A stretch of DNA of 42,351 nucleotides from an uncultured Planctomycetaceae bacterium (GTDB lineage Bacteria; Planctomycetota; Phycisphaerae; UBA1845; UTPLA1), in NCBI GenBank assembly GCA_964498115.1, contig CAZCGF010000003.1:1-42351 (forward strand), in the 5' to 3' direction. The position numbers and the translations under genes were made by a program. Positions 26,008 to 34,448 of this stretch are shown piece by piece; position 1 is the stretch's first letter, and each line of letters starts with the position of its first letter. Below the pieces are notes generated by a model that saw only the letters and a list, made by a program, of their open reading frames with translations, was not told where the DNA came from and searched no databases.

Positions 26008-26685
26008 TTAGCGTCGGCGTCGAATCAGCGCCAGACCAGCAAGACCGAGGATGGCCAGGGTGGCCGGCTCGGGAACGACAATATACTTGAGCGGGGTCGC
26101 GTCGGAGAAATCACCCCAGTCGCCTACGTTCTGGTTGGGGTTGCCGAGCGAATCGATGGCGCCGTCACCGCCGCCGCCGCCGCTGGAAAAGGCGTCGAAG
26201 AGGAATGAATTACCAATGCTGAGGCCCAGGTTGGCGAGGGACGTCGTCAAGGTGAACATGTTGGCGCTCTTGCTGGCACTGATGGTCGTCGAGCCGTTCC
26301 ATGTGGCCTCATTCGGAGGGAAGGGCCAGCTGCCGGCCCAGTTGTACAGCTCCATGCCGTTGCCGCTGTCGGCCCAACCGCCAAGCCACGAGTCCATTCC
26401 GGCGCTCATGGAGATCGGTCGACCCCAGCCGTTGCCGGCTGAGTCGCCGCCGGCCACGCTGTCAATCGCGACCATGTACTTGCCCCAATCGGTGGCATCA
26501 ACGTCACCGGCGAGCGTGAACTTGAACGAGATGTCTGTCGCGGTGTTTGTCACTTCGACGGAGACGATGTCGAGAATGCCGCCACCGGCGCCAGTGAACA
26601 CATCATTCACCGAGTCGTTGTAAATGGTGGCCTGGGCAGGTACAGCCATTGCCAACAATACGCATGCTGCCAACAACTTCTTCAT
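26008..26685 (-). CDS. PEP-CTERM-anchored secreted protein with a beta-sandwich, possibly glucan-binding, domain
   Basis: AGGAG lies 9 nt upstream of ATG 26685. Signal peptide MKKLLAACVLLAMAVPAQA. The C-terminus VPEPATLAILGLAGLALIRRRR is a textbook PEP-CTERM sorting signal (PEP, TM helix, Arg cluster). The body (ILDIVSVEVTNTATDISFKFTLAGDV..TDWGKYMVAIDS) resembles glucodextranase C-terminal-type binding modules; that resemblance comes from memory and is unverified. Confidence 0.85.
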   Translation of the reverse strand: MKKLLAACVLLAMAVPAQATIYNDSVNDVFTGAGGGILDIVSVEVTNTATDISFKFTLAGDVDATDWGKYMVAIDSVAGGDSAGNGWGRPISMSAGMDSWLGGWADSGNGMELYNWAGSWPFPPNEATWNGSTTISASKSANMFTLTTSLANLGLSIGNSFLFDAFSSGGGGGDGAIDSLGNPNQNVGDWGDFSDATPLKYIVVPEPATLAILGLAGLALIRRRR

Positions 26686-26782
26686 TTTCCTTACTCCTGT
26701 TTCTTCTCTTCCCAATCCGGGATAAGCAACTTCAACGCTTTTGGTCGAGGCGGAAAATAACCATTTTCACCTCTGGAAAAAC

Positions 26783-26812
26783 AATTTACCACAAATCGGC
26801 TCTTAAAGTCAA
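26783..26812 (-). promoter_or_regulatory. candidate sigma70-type promoter of the PEP-CTERM gene
   Basis: On the minus strand: TTGACT, an 18-nt spacer, then TAAATT. It lies about 100 nt upstream of ATG 26685, in an AT-richer gap. Confidence 0.45.
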
Positions 26813-26978
26813 TGTTTTGGCGGTCTCGTCCATAGGGTAAACCGCATCGCCGGGTAGGCCGTGCAAAGGGCACGCAATACCCATCTTACCTACACTGCCC
26901 AAGAGACGGGCCAAGGCGGGGCCAAGAGCCCCAGCCCGGGTGAATTCACAGGTCCGAAACATCGAGAGGACCCGGCGC

Positions 26979-29750
26979 CTATTGCAGCAGCCCGTCAACA
27001 AAATCCGGAATATCCGCCACGTCGTTGAGGCCGTCACAGTTCATATCCGCCGTCGGGCTGTAGTTTGGATTGAAACCGGTCAGGGTCCAGACGAATCCCT
27101 GGATGTCCCTGGCGTCCTTCACGGCGTCGGCGTTTACGTCGCCGGGGCCGATGCCCGCGCCGGTTGTCGCATGGATTCCGGTGTAGGCCTTGTAGCGCAC
27201 CTTGTTGGTTCCGTTGGGCAGAGTTTCAAACCCGACGATGTCCACGCGGTGATTTCCGCTGACGTAGGAGCTGCGCGTTCTTGTGAAGGTATCCAGGTAC
27301 TGCGCCGCCAGATTTGCGGTGCCCGTCGCAAGTCCGACGAAGTTCGTCGAGGCGGGCAGATCGAAAAAGATGTAGACCTTTTCGAGGGTTGCGTCCGCGC
27401 CCTTGACCGTAAAGGTCACAGGAAGAGTCGTTACGTCATTGTTGCAGGTCGCCGACGGCGAGAGAAGGTCGAAGTCGGGGTCCTCGAGATCGACGAAGAT
27501 GACGATGCGAAATTCGCCGAAGAGCGGATCGCCGACCAGACGGTGCCGATAGGCTCGCACCGTGATGTAGTGATATCCTTCGCCGAGCGCGGCGGCGTCG
27601 ATCGTCTGTCGGTAGGTTCCGGAGCCGCCGCCGAAGAGCGGTGAACTCTGCGTGAGGAAGTTCTCAAAGCCGTAACTGGGGCTGTCCGAGGACGTGTTAC
27701 CGGCGTTAAAGTCGGATGAAGGGTTGCCCATGTAGGTCGAACCGTTGCCGTTGTAGTCCTTGAAACCGGAATCAATCCTGAAGACGGCAAAGTCGTCAGT
27801 GTCGGGATCGAGGAGATCGGTCTGAACCGTCTGCAGCAGGATGTCGAAGGTCGGCGACGTCACCATGGTCACCGGGTTGATCCGCTGAAGGTGATCGGGC
27901 GTCGAGCCCACATCCGGCGGTGCGATCGTGGTTGTTGCGTTGGCGATGGAGAGGGTGCCGGTCGGAACGGCGGGACCGTAAATGACATATCCGAGGCCGT
28001 GAAAGACGCCGTTGGCGTTGCGATTTCGCGGTACGTTGACGGTCACGCTGCCGGCGGCCCCGACGGTGATGACCTCGGGAATGTTGCTGTTGGGATCAAC
28101 CAGGGCGCTGGCGGCGTTGCCGGTCAGCTCGTGGAGGCGGGTGCCGACGGGAAACGTCGTCGTGACGGTGCGGGATGTGAACCCGTTGGTCTCCAGGTCG
28201 TTCACACCGATCAGAACGTTGTCCACGCTGTTCGGCGTGCGGCGGGTGAAGACCAGGACGTCGCTGTTGCCGCTCGACACGGGAAAGAACCAGCCGCGAG
28301 CGTACTGATTACGAATCTTCACGAGGGTCGTGATGATGTTTGAGCCGAGGCCGAGTGCATCGTCCCGGCCGTTGGCACGCGGGAAATTGTCTACGTTGGT
28401 CCCGAACTGCAGGGCATTGTGATAGACGATGGTGGGACCGGTTCGCATGAGCGAGTAAGCAAAGGCGACGGAATCGTTTTCGTCGTCGCTGATCGTGTTG
28501 TCGTGGCTGTTGACGTGGTGGACGCCGATGGTCCCGTTGTTGAAACCGTCGACGTTATCGACGGAGCTGCCGATGATGTTGTCCCAGGAACCGGTGCCGT
28601 CGTTGGAGACCAAGTCACGCAACGCGCCCGCCTCGTTCAGATCGAGTGCGTCGCGATTGCCGAATTCCCAGCCGGTTGACGGCCAGCCCGAGCCGGGCTC
28701 CCCGGGTTTGCGCACCCACTCGGCGGTGTTTGTGTTGCTCTCGACGGCCTCGACGAACGAATAAGGCGTGCGTCGGACGCCGTCGAAACCGACATAGTTC
28801 TCGAATACGCACGCATCCCAGAGGTTATCCCAGAACCACGACGGGACGTGCTTCGCCGCATCCAGTCGAAAACCATCCACGCCCAGCACTTCCAGGTAGT
28901 ACTTTGAGGATCGCAGCAGCAGCGTCGTCGCGCTTTCCACGACAGCGTCTCCGTTGTCGGGATTCGCCGGGTCGTAAGGATAAAAGGTGTATTGCGGCGG
29001 ACCGGGATTGCGCGGCGTGCCGGGGTTCAGAGGCATCATCGCGGGCAGGTTGGTGTCCGGATAGAAGCGTCGATTCGCGGCATTCGGAATGTTCCGCTGC
29101 GTGCCGGCGGGGATGTTCATCGGGTCGCCGGGGGTGACCGGATGGCGGATGAACTGGTGATTCTTGCCTTGAGCGATGTCGATCAAACCCAGCAATCGTC
29201 CGTCATAAAGGTGATAGCAGCAACCTCCGCAAACCGGATTGGCGAGCGAGAAGCCGCAGCAGGGCGAAGTGGATTGCTGGCAGCCGCCTGCATAGGCATT
29301 GAAGTCTCCGTCCGGATCACCGCCGGTGCTCAGGACGAAACCGGGGTATCCGCCCTGCAACTCGAAGTTCACCGTGTTCTTATCAGAGAAGGCATTGTGA
29401 TTCATGATCCAGTCGACAAACACGCGCGCGTTTGCCTTGTGGAATTCCTGAACCATGAGGCGGAAGTCCGATTCGCTGCCGTAGCGCGTCGGGGTTGTAT
29501 CGGTGCCGAGATCAAACCGATCGAAGAGGTCGTAGCCGACGCTGGTGGTGTTGGTCGGGCTGCCGCCGCGCTGGGGAGGCGGAAGCCAGGTCGAGTCATA
29601 ACCGGCCATGAACACGTCGGGCATTCGGTAGCGAATGACGTCCCACTGGGCTTCAAAATATTGAAGCATGATGGTGTCTTCGGCCCGCGCCGACCCGGCG
29701 ACGAGCGCGATTCCCAGTACAAGCCAAACTCTCGATTTATGAATCATCAT
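26979..29750 (-). CDS. secreted GH13 alpha-amylase-family enzyme with C-terminal accessory domains and a dockerin-like module
   Basis: Signal peptide MMIHKSRVWLVLGIALVAGSARA. GH13 regions: I VFVDWIMNHNAF, II GVDGFRLDAAKHV, III YSFVEAVES, IV GVHHVNSHDN. About 400 aa of beta-rich accessory sequence follows. The protein ends GDVNADAVKDARDIQGFVWTLTG...ADMNCDGLNDVADIPDFVDGLLQ. Confidence 0.9.
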   Translation of the reverse strand: MMIHKSRVWLVLGIALVAGSARAEDTIMLQYFEAQWDVIRYRMPDVFMAGYDSTWLPPPQRGGSPTNTTSVGYDLFDRFDLGTDTTPTRYGSESDFRLMVQEFHKANARVFVDWIMNHNAFSDKNTVNFELQGGYPGFVLSTGGDPDGDFNAYAGGCQQSTSPCCGFSLANPVCGGCCYHLYDGRLLGLIDIAQGKNHQFIRHPVTPGDPMNIPAGTQRNIPNAANRRFYPDTNLPAMMPLNPGTPRNPGPPQYTFYPYDPANPDNGDAVVESATTLLLRSSKYYLEVLGVDGFRLDAAKHVPSWFWDNLWDACVFENYVGFDGVRRTPYSFVEAVESNTNTAEWVRKPGEPGSGWPSTGWEFGNRDALDLNEAGALRDLVSNDGTGSWDNIIGSSVDNVDGFNNGTIGVHHVNSHDNTISDDENDSVAFAYSLMRTGPTIVYHNALQFGTNVDNFPRANGRDDALGLGSNIITTLVKIRNQYARGWFFPVSSGNSDVLVFTRRTPNSVDNVLIGVNDLETNGFTSRTVTTTFPVGTRLHELTGNAASALVDPNSNIPEVITVGAAGSVTVNVPRNRNANGVFHGLGYVIYGPAVPTGTLSIANATTTIAPPDVGSTPDHLQRINPVTMVTSPTFDILLQTVQTDLLDPDTDDFAVFRIDSGFKDYNGNGSTYMGNPSSDFNAGNTSSDSPSYGFENFLTQSSPLFGGGSGTYRQTIDAAALGEGYHYITVRAYRHRLVGDPLFGEFRIVIFVDLEDPDFDLLSPSATCNNDVTTLPVTFTVKGADATLEKVYIFFDLPASTNFVGLATGTANLAAQYLDTFTRTRSSYVSGNHRVDIVGFETLPNGTNKVRYKAYTGIHATTGAGIGPGDVNADAVKDARDIQGFVWTLTGFNPNYSPTADMNCDGLNDVADIPDFVDGLLQ
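26982..27143 (-). other. dockerin-like C-terminal module of the GH13 amylase
   Basis: GDVNADAVKDARDIQGFV and ADMNCDGLNDVADIPDFVDGLLQ. Confidence 0.55.
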
Positions 29751-29830
29751 GCCACCCCTTCGGGACGGGGAATCTCATCGGACTCACCTATTCTACGCAT
29801 CGGAATCCGGCCGCATCGGCCCGAGTCCAC

Positions 29831-29874
29831 AATAATGAAACCGCGCCGCCGCCCGGATAATGAGCGGCGGCGCG
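29831..29874 (-). terminator. probable intrinsic terminator after the giant repeat-protein gene
   Basis: On the minus strand: CGCGCCGCCGC, an 11-nt loop, then GCGGCGGCGCG (perfect 11-bp stem) followed by GTTTCATTATTG, a moderately U-rich tail. It lies 32 nt downstream of the stop at 29906. Confidence 0.5.
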
Positions 29875-29905
29875 AGAGTTCATTTCAATCACTTAAGGCC
29901 GTCCA

Positions 29906-32900
29906 TCAGGGGATGAACGGAATCACGTTAATAAACGCCTGGACGTCCAGACCGTTGGTGGATGCGTTGTTATTAACGTTGGCCTTTTGCACCGGGCACG
30001 GATCGGTCACCGTACCCAGCAGCACGCCCACGAATGCGTCAATGTCCGCCGTCGTAAACATGCCGTCGCCGTTGATGTCGGCCGGATCTTCACCACAGAA
30101 CGGAAGCAGCGAGTAGCTCAGGTACTGGACGCCTGGCGCCACGGCCTCATCCGACAGATTGCCGAGCCAGGAAGCACCGGGGACCGGGTTCATGGCCACG
30201 ATGTTGCCCAGGTTGGGCGCCGCCGGGCTTCTGTTGAGCGGAGGGAGAATCTGGTTCGAGAAGAATCCGCCGCTGCCGGTGAGGGCGACCATCACCTTGA
30301 CCTCGACGAACGGTCCCGTTTCCGGATCGAGCGGTGTCAGCCCGATGTCAGCAAACGGAATGTCGAACTCCATTCCGGTCGTCGCGGTCTCCGGCATGGT
30401 GGCGCTGGCCCCGGTGACGCCGTCGGTGTTGTCGTTGTTCATCGCCACCTGCATGCAGTTGGGATTGCCGGGGTTGACCAGGACGGCATTGCCGAACTGG
30501 GTGTAGTTTTCCTGGATCGACTTCGGCGTACCCATTGCCGCCGGGATGCCCTGACCGTTAAAGGTTGCAGGCACGGCGTATGCACCCGAAGTGGCGAGTG
30601 TGTAGGAGTAGAACTGCGATCCCGGCGCGATCGTCTCATTCGAGAGATCGATAAAGGTCGTCGGCCGACCCGGAGGAGGCGGCTCAGTCAGGTTGGCAAA
30701 CGTTCCACCGTCAATAGGCGGCAGGAACTGGTTGCTGTAGTACGTGCTCGGCACCGCACCACCGCCGCCATTGTTGACCAACAGGGCGCTGATCTTGATC
30801 TCCGCGCCGTCGGCCGGCGGGGAACCCATGTCGTGCATCAGCGAGCTGCGGGCGATTGAGAACTGAACGCCGCGGAGCGCCGTCAGAGCATTCTCCTGCT
30901 GAACCGTCATGCCCATCGCCATGCCCGGCGCCGTGTCGTGTGCGACGTCGGAACTGACGCCGAAGGCGTTCGTGTTGTCGCCGGCGAACGCGTTGGGACC
31001 CGGAGGATAGGTGGAACTGAACGTCAGGTTCGTGATGGTCACACCCGGCGGAAGGTCGAGGAGGTCGACCAGCTGGGCCGAGTAGTTGCCGCCGCTTCGC
31101 TGCATCACAATGGCGAAGTCCGGCTGGAAGCCGATGTCCATGCGATCGGACCTCATACCGCGCAGCGGCTTGGGCCAGGCGGTAACGTCGGTCGACTCGA
31201 GGATGTTCGTCCCGGAGCCCATCGCCGTCGTCTGCAACAGGATGACCCACGTGTTTCCGTTCGCCTCCAGGTTGCCGGTGATTCCAAGGTACAACTTCGA
31301 CGCGTCGTTCTGGATGAACAGGGCGTCCAATTCGCTGCCGTTCTGGTTCGGAATGGCGTCCTGCAGCGTGCCGTCGGCGGAATTGCGAATCAATCGGCCG
31401 ATGGTACGGGAGACGTTGGTGTTGATGTTCTTCAGGAATACGTTGAAGTCATCAACCGGCACGCCCGCCGTCGGATCGCGACCGACGACCAGCGCGTAGT
31501 TCGGCGTAAAGCCGGCGTCCAGCGTCAGACCGTCGATGCCGTTCATCGCCGGCGGCGGCGTTGAGAGCACCGGAATCGTGCTGAATCCTCCGCCTGCCTG
31601 ATCCGTGTCGAGCAGCAGTACATAGACGTTGCCGTTGCCTTCCAGATTGCCGGTGACGGCGACCTGCAGGCGGTCGGACGTGTTCTTGATGCGAATCTGG
31701 TCCAGCTCCGAGCCCGGCACGTTGCCGAGCACGCCGGGCACCGCGTCGCCGAAGCCGGTGTAGTTGTTCTGGGTCGTCAGCGGCATCGCGCCGAACGAGG
31801 AAGGAATGTTGCTGCCGGTGAAACCTGACGGTGCGCCGGTCGGCGTCACATTCAGGTCCAGATACTGGTTGCCGCCGAACCGCATTCCCGGCTCTTCGGC
31901 GCCCAGGTCGATATCGTTGTCAATCGCGTCATAGACGCCCAGGTTGGCGACATTGCCGCCGGTGTATTCGGTGACGGCGATGCTCCAGGAGTTGATCGTT
32001 CCCGTCTGGCCCGTGACGCCGTCGCTGACGATGAGCTGCCAGTCGTCGTTGGGATCGACTCCGTTGAACGTCAGGAGCGTTTCGGACGGCTGGACCGTGC
32101 CCATGCCGCCGTCAGAGTCGTAGGTAACATTGAGGTTTGCGCCCATTCCGGAGCCCGGCTGCTTGAGTTGAACCTGGCGAGCGCTGCCGACGTGCCGCAA
32201 TGCGACACCGAGCTGGCTGATATCCGGGTGTGAGATGCTGACAGTCACGTTGATGTCCGTCACTCGATCGATGCCGGCGCCGGACATATCGACCGTTCTC
32301 GTGTCGGTGGCAGGCGTTCCGGTGTTGTCAGGAATCGCCAATGGAAGCGGCGCGTCAGAGAACGACGCGTTCGCATTCATCGGCGTGAGAACTGTCGGGT
32401 TGAGCGGCGGGAGGAACTGATTGCTGATGAAGCCGGTTCCGTTGACGACGCAGGCCATCATCTTGACGTTGGCGCTGCCGCCGCCGAAATCGACGCCGAG
32501 GTCGTCCCACAGGAGCGAGAACTGCACGCCGGTGGTCGGCGCCGCGTCGGGATCAGGAAGGGTGCCATCGGCGAGGCCGGTCTGACGAATGGGATCGTCA
32601 CCGGCGATGCTGTTGACGCCGAGCACGTTGCTGAGATTCGCCGCCATGTAACTGGCGCTGCCGCCGGTGTGCTGAGCGGGCGTAATCGAGAAGTTGAGCG
32701 GGAGGAACTCGTCGTTGCGCAGGTCCTGAATACGGCCCTGATGGGCGTTGTCCTGCCGCCAATACATGATGACCCACTCAGGCGAGAAACCGGGATCAAA
32801 AGTGAATCCGCCGTTGCCGCCCTGGCCCATCATTTGCAGGCCGCCGGGGCCGCCGACGAAGGTGTTCACGCCTGCCAGGTCATTGACACCGGGAAGGAAA

Positions 32901-34066
32901 TTGTCGGGAACGTCGAGGAACAGCATGACGGTGTTGCGGTTGTCGCCGAAGGCCGGGACGTTTCCTGTGATGCCGACGTAGAGCTTGGTGAAGTCCGCCT
33001 TGACGAACAACTGATCGAGTTCGCTGCCTTCAGTCGGCGGTGCAAACGGAGTGGCATTGCCGAAGCCGGTGTGGTTGTTCTGCGTCGCCTTGAGCATGCC
33101 GTTCGTGCCGTAGCGCGTCGGAATGTTCTGGCCGTTGATCGAACCAGTCGGGGCCAGACCGGAGGGATTCAGCGTGAAGGACGTGTTCTGCGTACCGGGG
33201 AATCGAGCCTCGTTGGTGAAGTCCACGTCGTTCGGCGGATCGCCGGCCGGGTTGTGGTTGCCGACATTGGCGACGCCGCCGTTCGGCTGACCAAGCGGCG
33301 GGAGGCTCTGGTTACTCATGAATCCGCCGCCGCTCGCGAGCAGGACCTGAACATTGATGGTCGCATTGTTCGCCAGCGGACCAAGCTGAGCGAGCGGAAG
33401 GCGAACCTCAAATCCATTCACTGCAGTGGCCGCCTGAGCTGTCTGCGGGTCGAGTCCCAAGTCCTCCGTCACGCCCATCGTGTTGTCATTGGTGAACGCG
33501 AAGGTTCCACCGATGCTCGCGATCGTCACGCCGACATCCGACGGATTCGTCAGATTGTGACGCAGCGCCGTATAGACGTTCTGATCGTTCCAGATGGCGA
33601 TGCAGTATTCAGGATCGAAATCGAGCTTGACGCCGGGCGTCATGTTGTCGAGGTCCATGTTCCGCAGGGCGTTTGATCCCACGATGCCGGACACATCCAG
33701 CGCCGTCGGTCCGCCCATGTTGTCGGTGTCGATGAAGATCAGGATCGTGTTCTGATTGGTGTCGTCGGCTCGCAAATTGCCGGTCACGCCGACGTACAGA
33801 TTCGCCGAGTTGTTGGCCAGGTAGAGCTGGTTCAGCTCGTTACCGCCGAGAGTGTCAGGGCGTGAGTCGCCGAAGCCCGTGGGGTTGTTCTGCAGGGCGC
33901 TGGGCGTCGGGGGGTAAACCGAGTTCTGGGTCAGATCTGCTCCGGTGATTGGAGGCAGGCCGCTGCAATCGCCCGCGAAGGCGACATCGGCCGCAACAAA
34001 ACCGAACCCGACTAACGCTGTAATGACAAAACCGACAACGACGCCACGATATTTCTTCAATGCCAC
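29906..34066 (-). CDS. giant secreted repeat protein (1386 aa): repeated ~250-aa modules, a proprotein-convertase-type P-domain and a dockerin-like C-terminus
   Basis: GTG start at 34066 with GGAGGT 5 nt upstream. N-terminal hydrophobic signal or anchor (VVVGFVITALVGFGFVAADVAFA). The motifs QNN.TGFG(D/N), (G/S)EL(D/N)(Q/A)L...LY(V/L)G(V/I)TGN and SNQ.LPP each recur 4 times. The P-domain-like block is IPDNTGTPATDTRTVDMSGAGIDRVTDINVTVSISHPDISQLGVALRH...NDDWQLIVSDGVTGQTGTINSWSIAV (about 31975-32341). The C-terminus is ADINGDGMFTTADIDAFVGVLLG...NASTNGLDVQAFINVI. Confidence 0.85.
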   Translation of the reverse strand: MALKKYRGVVVGFVITALVGFGFVAADVAFAGDCSGLPPITGADLTQNSVYPPTPSALQNNPTGFGDSRPDTLGGNELNQLYLANNSANLYVGVTGNLRADDTNQNTILIFIDTDNMGGPTALDVSGIVGSNALRNMDLDNMTPGVKLDFDPEYCIAIWNDQNVYTALRHNLTNPSDVGVTIASIGGTFAFTNDNTMGVTEDLGLDPQTAQAATAVNGFEVRLPLAQLGPLANNATINVQVLLASGGGFMSNQSLPPLGQPNGGVANVGNHNPAGDPPNDVDFTNEARFPGTQNTSFTLNPSGLAPTGSINGQNIPTRYGTNGMLKATQNNHTGFGNATPFAPPTEGSELDQLFVKADFTKLYVGITGNVPAFGDNRNTVMLFLDVPDNFLPGVNDLAGVNTFVGGPGGLQMMGQGGNGGFTFDPGFSPEWVIMYWRQDNAHQGRIQDLRNDEFLPLNFSITPAQHTGGSASYMAANLSNVLGVNSIAGDDPIRQTGLADGTLPDPDAAPTTGVQFSLLWDDLGVDFGGGSANVKMMACVVNGTGFISNQFLPPLNPTVLTPMNANASFSDAPLPLAIPDNTGTPATDTRTVDMSGAGIDRVTDINVTVSISHPDISQLGVALRHVGSARQVQLKQPGSGMGANLNVTYDSDGGMGTVQPSETLLTFNGVDPNDDWQLIVSDGVTGQTGTINSWSIAVTEYTGGNVANLGVYDAIDNDIDLGAEEPGMRFGGNQYLDLNVTPTGAPSGFTGSNIPSSFGAMPLTTQNNYTGFGDAVPGVLGNVPGSELDQIRIKNTSDRLQVAVTGNLEGNGNVYVLLLDTDQAGGGFSTIPVLSTPPPAMNGIDGLTLDAGFTPNYALVVGRDPTAGVPVDDFNVFLKNINTNVSRTIGRLIRNSADGTLQDAIPNQNGSELDALFIQNDASKLYLGITGNLEANGNTWVILLQTTAMGSGTNILESTDVTAWPKPLRGMRSDRMDIGFQPDFAIVMQRSGGNYSAQLVDLLDLPPGVTITNLTFSSTYPPGPNAFAGDNTNAFGVSSDVAHDTAPGMAMGMTVQQENALTALRGVQFSIARSSLMHDMGSPPADGAEIKISALLVNNGGGGAVPSTYYSNQFLPPIDGGTFANLTEPPPPGRPTTFIDLSNETIAPGSQFYSYTLATSGAYAVPATFNGQGIPAAMGTPKSIQENYTQFGNAVLVNPGNPNCMQVAMNNDNTDGVTGASATMPETATTGMEFDIPFADIGLTPLDPETGPFVEVKVMVALTGSGGFFSNQILPPLNRSPAAPNLGNIVAMNPVPGASWLGNLSDEAVAPGVQYLSYSLLPFCGEDPADINGDGMFTTADIDAFVGVLLGTVTDPCPVQKANVNNNASTNGLDVQAFINVIPFIP
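29909..30094 (-). other. dockerin-like C-terminal module of the giant repeat protein
   Basis: GEDPADINGDGMFTTADIDAFVGVLLG and ANVNNNASTNGLDVQAFINVI. Confidence 0.6.
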
Positions 34067-34448
34067 AATCCACCTCCAGCATTGCAGACCCTGCGGGGTC
34101 TGCCGTCTAACACTTCGATTACCTGCTCAACTCAAGATGTCGAGGACTCGACCGTTGAATGCACGCCCGACCTGCGAGTGTGCGCCTTCGGAGGATTGTC
34201 GACGACGTAGTGTCAAAGGCTGGCGAGCACGAAGTCCCGCCGTAAATTCCCCCGGGTTGAGTCTTCGATGACAGAGTCGGCCGGCCGTTTCGGGGCCACA
34301 TGCCACTTCCAGGCAGCACTCCAGAAGATTGACCGCCGCGATCTGATCGAAGTTACTTCACCCGTCCATTGTAAAGGTTCATGATGCGGCCCACCAAGTC
34401 CGCACCCTGCTAAATCGTTTATCTATCTTCGGACGATCCGAGCGTCCG

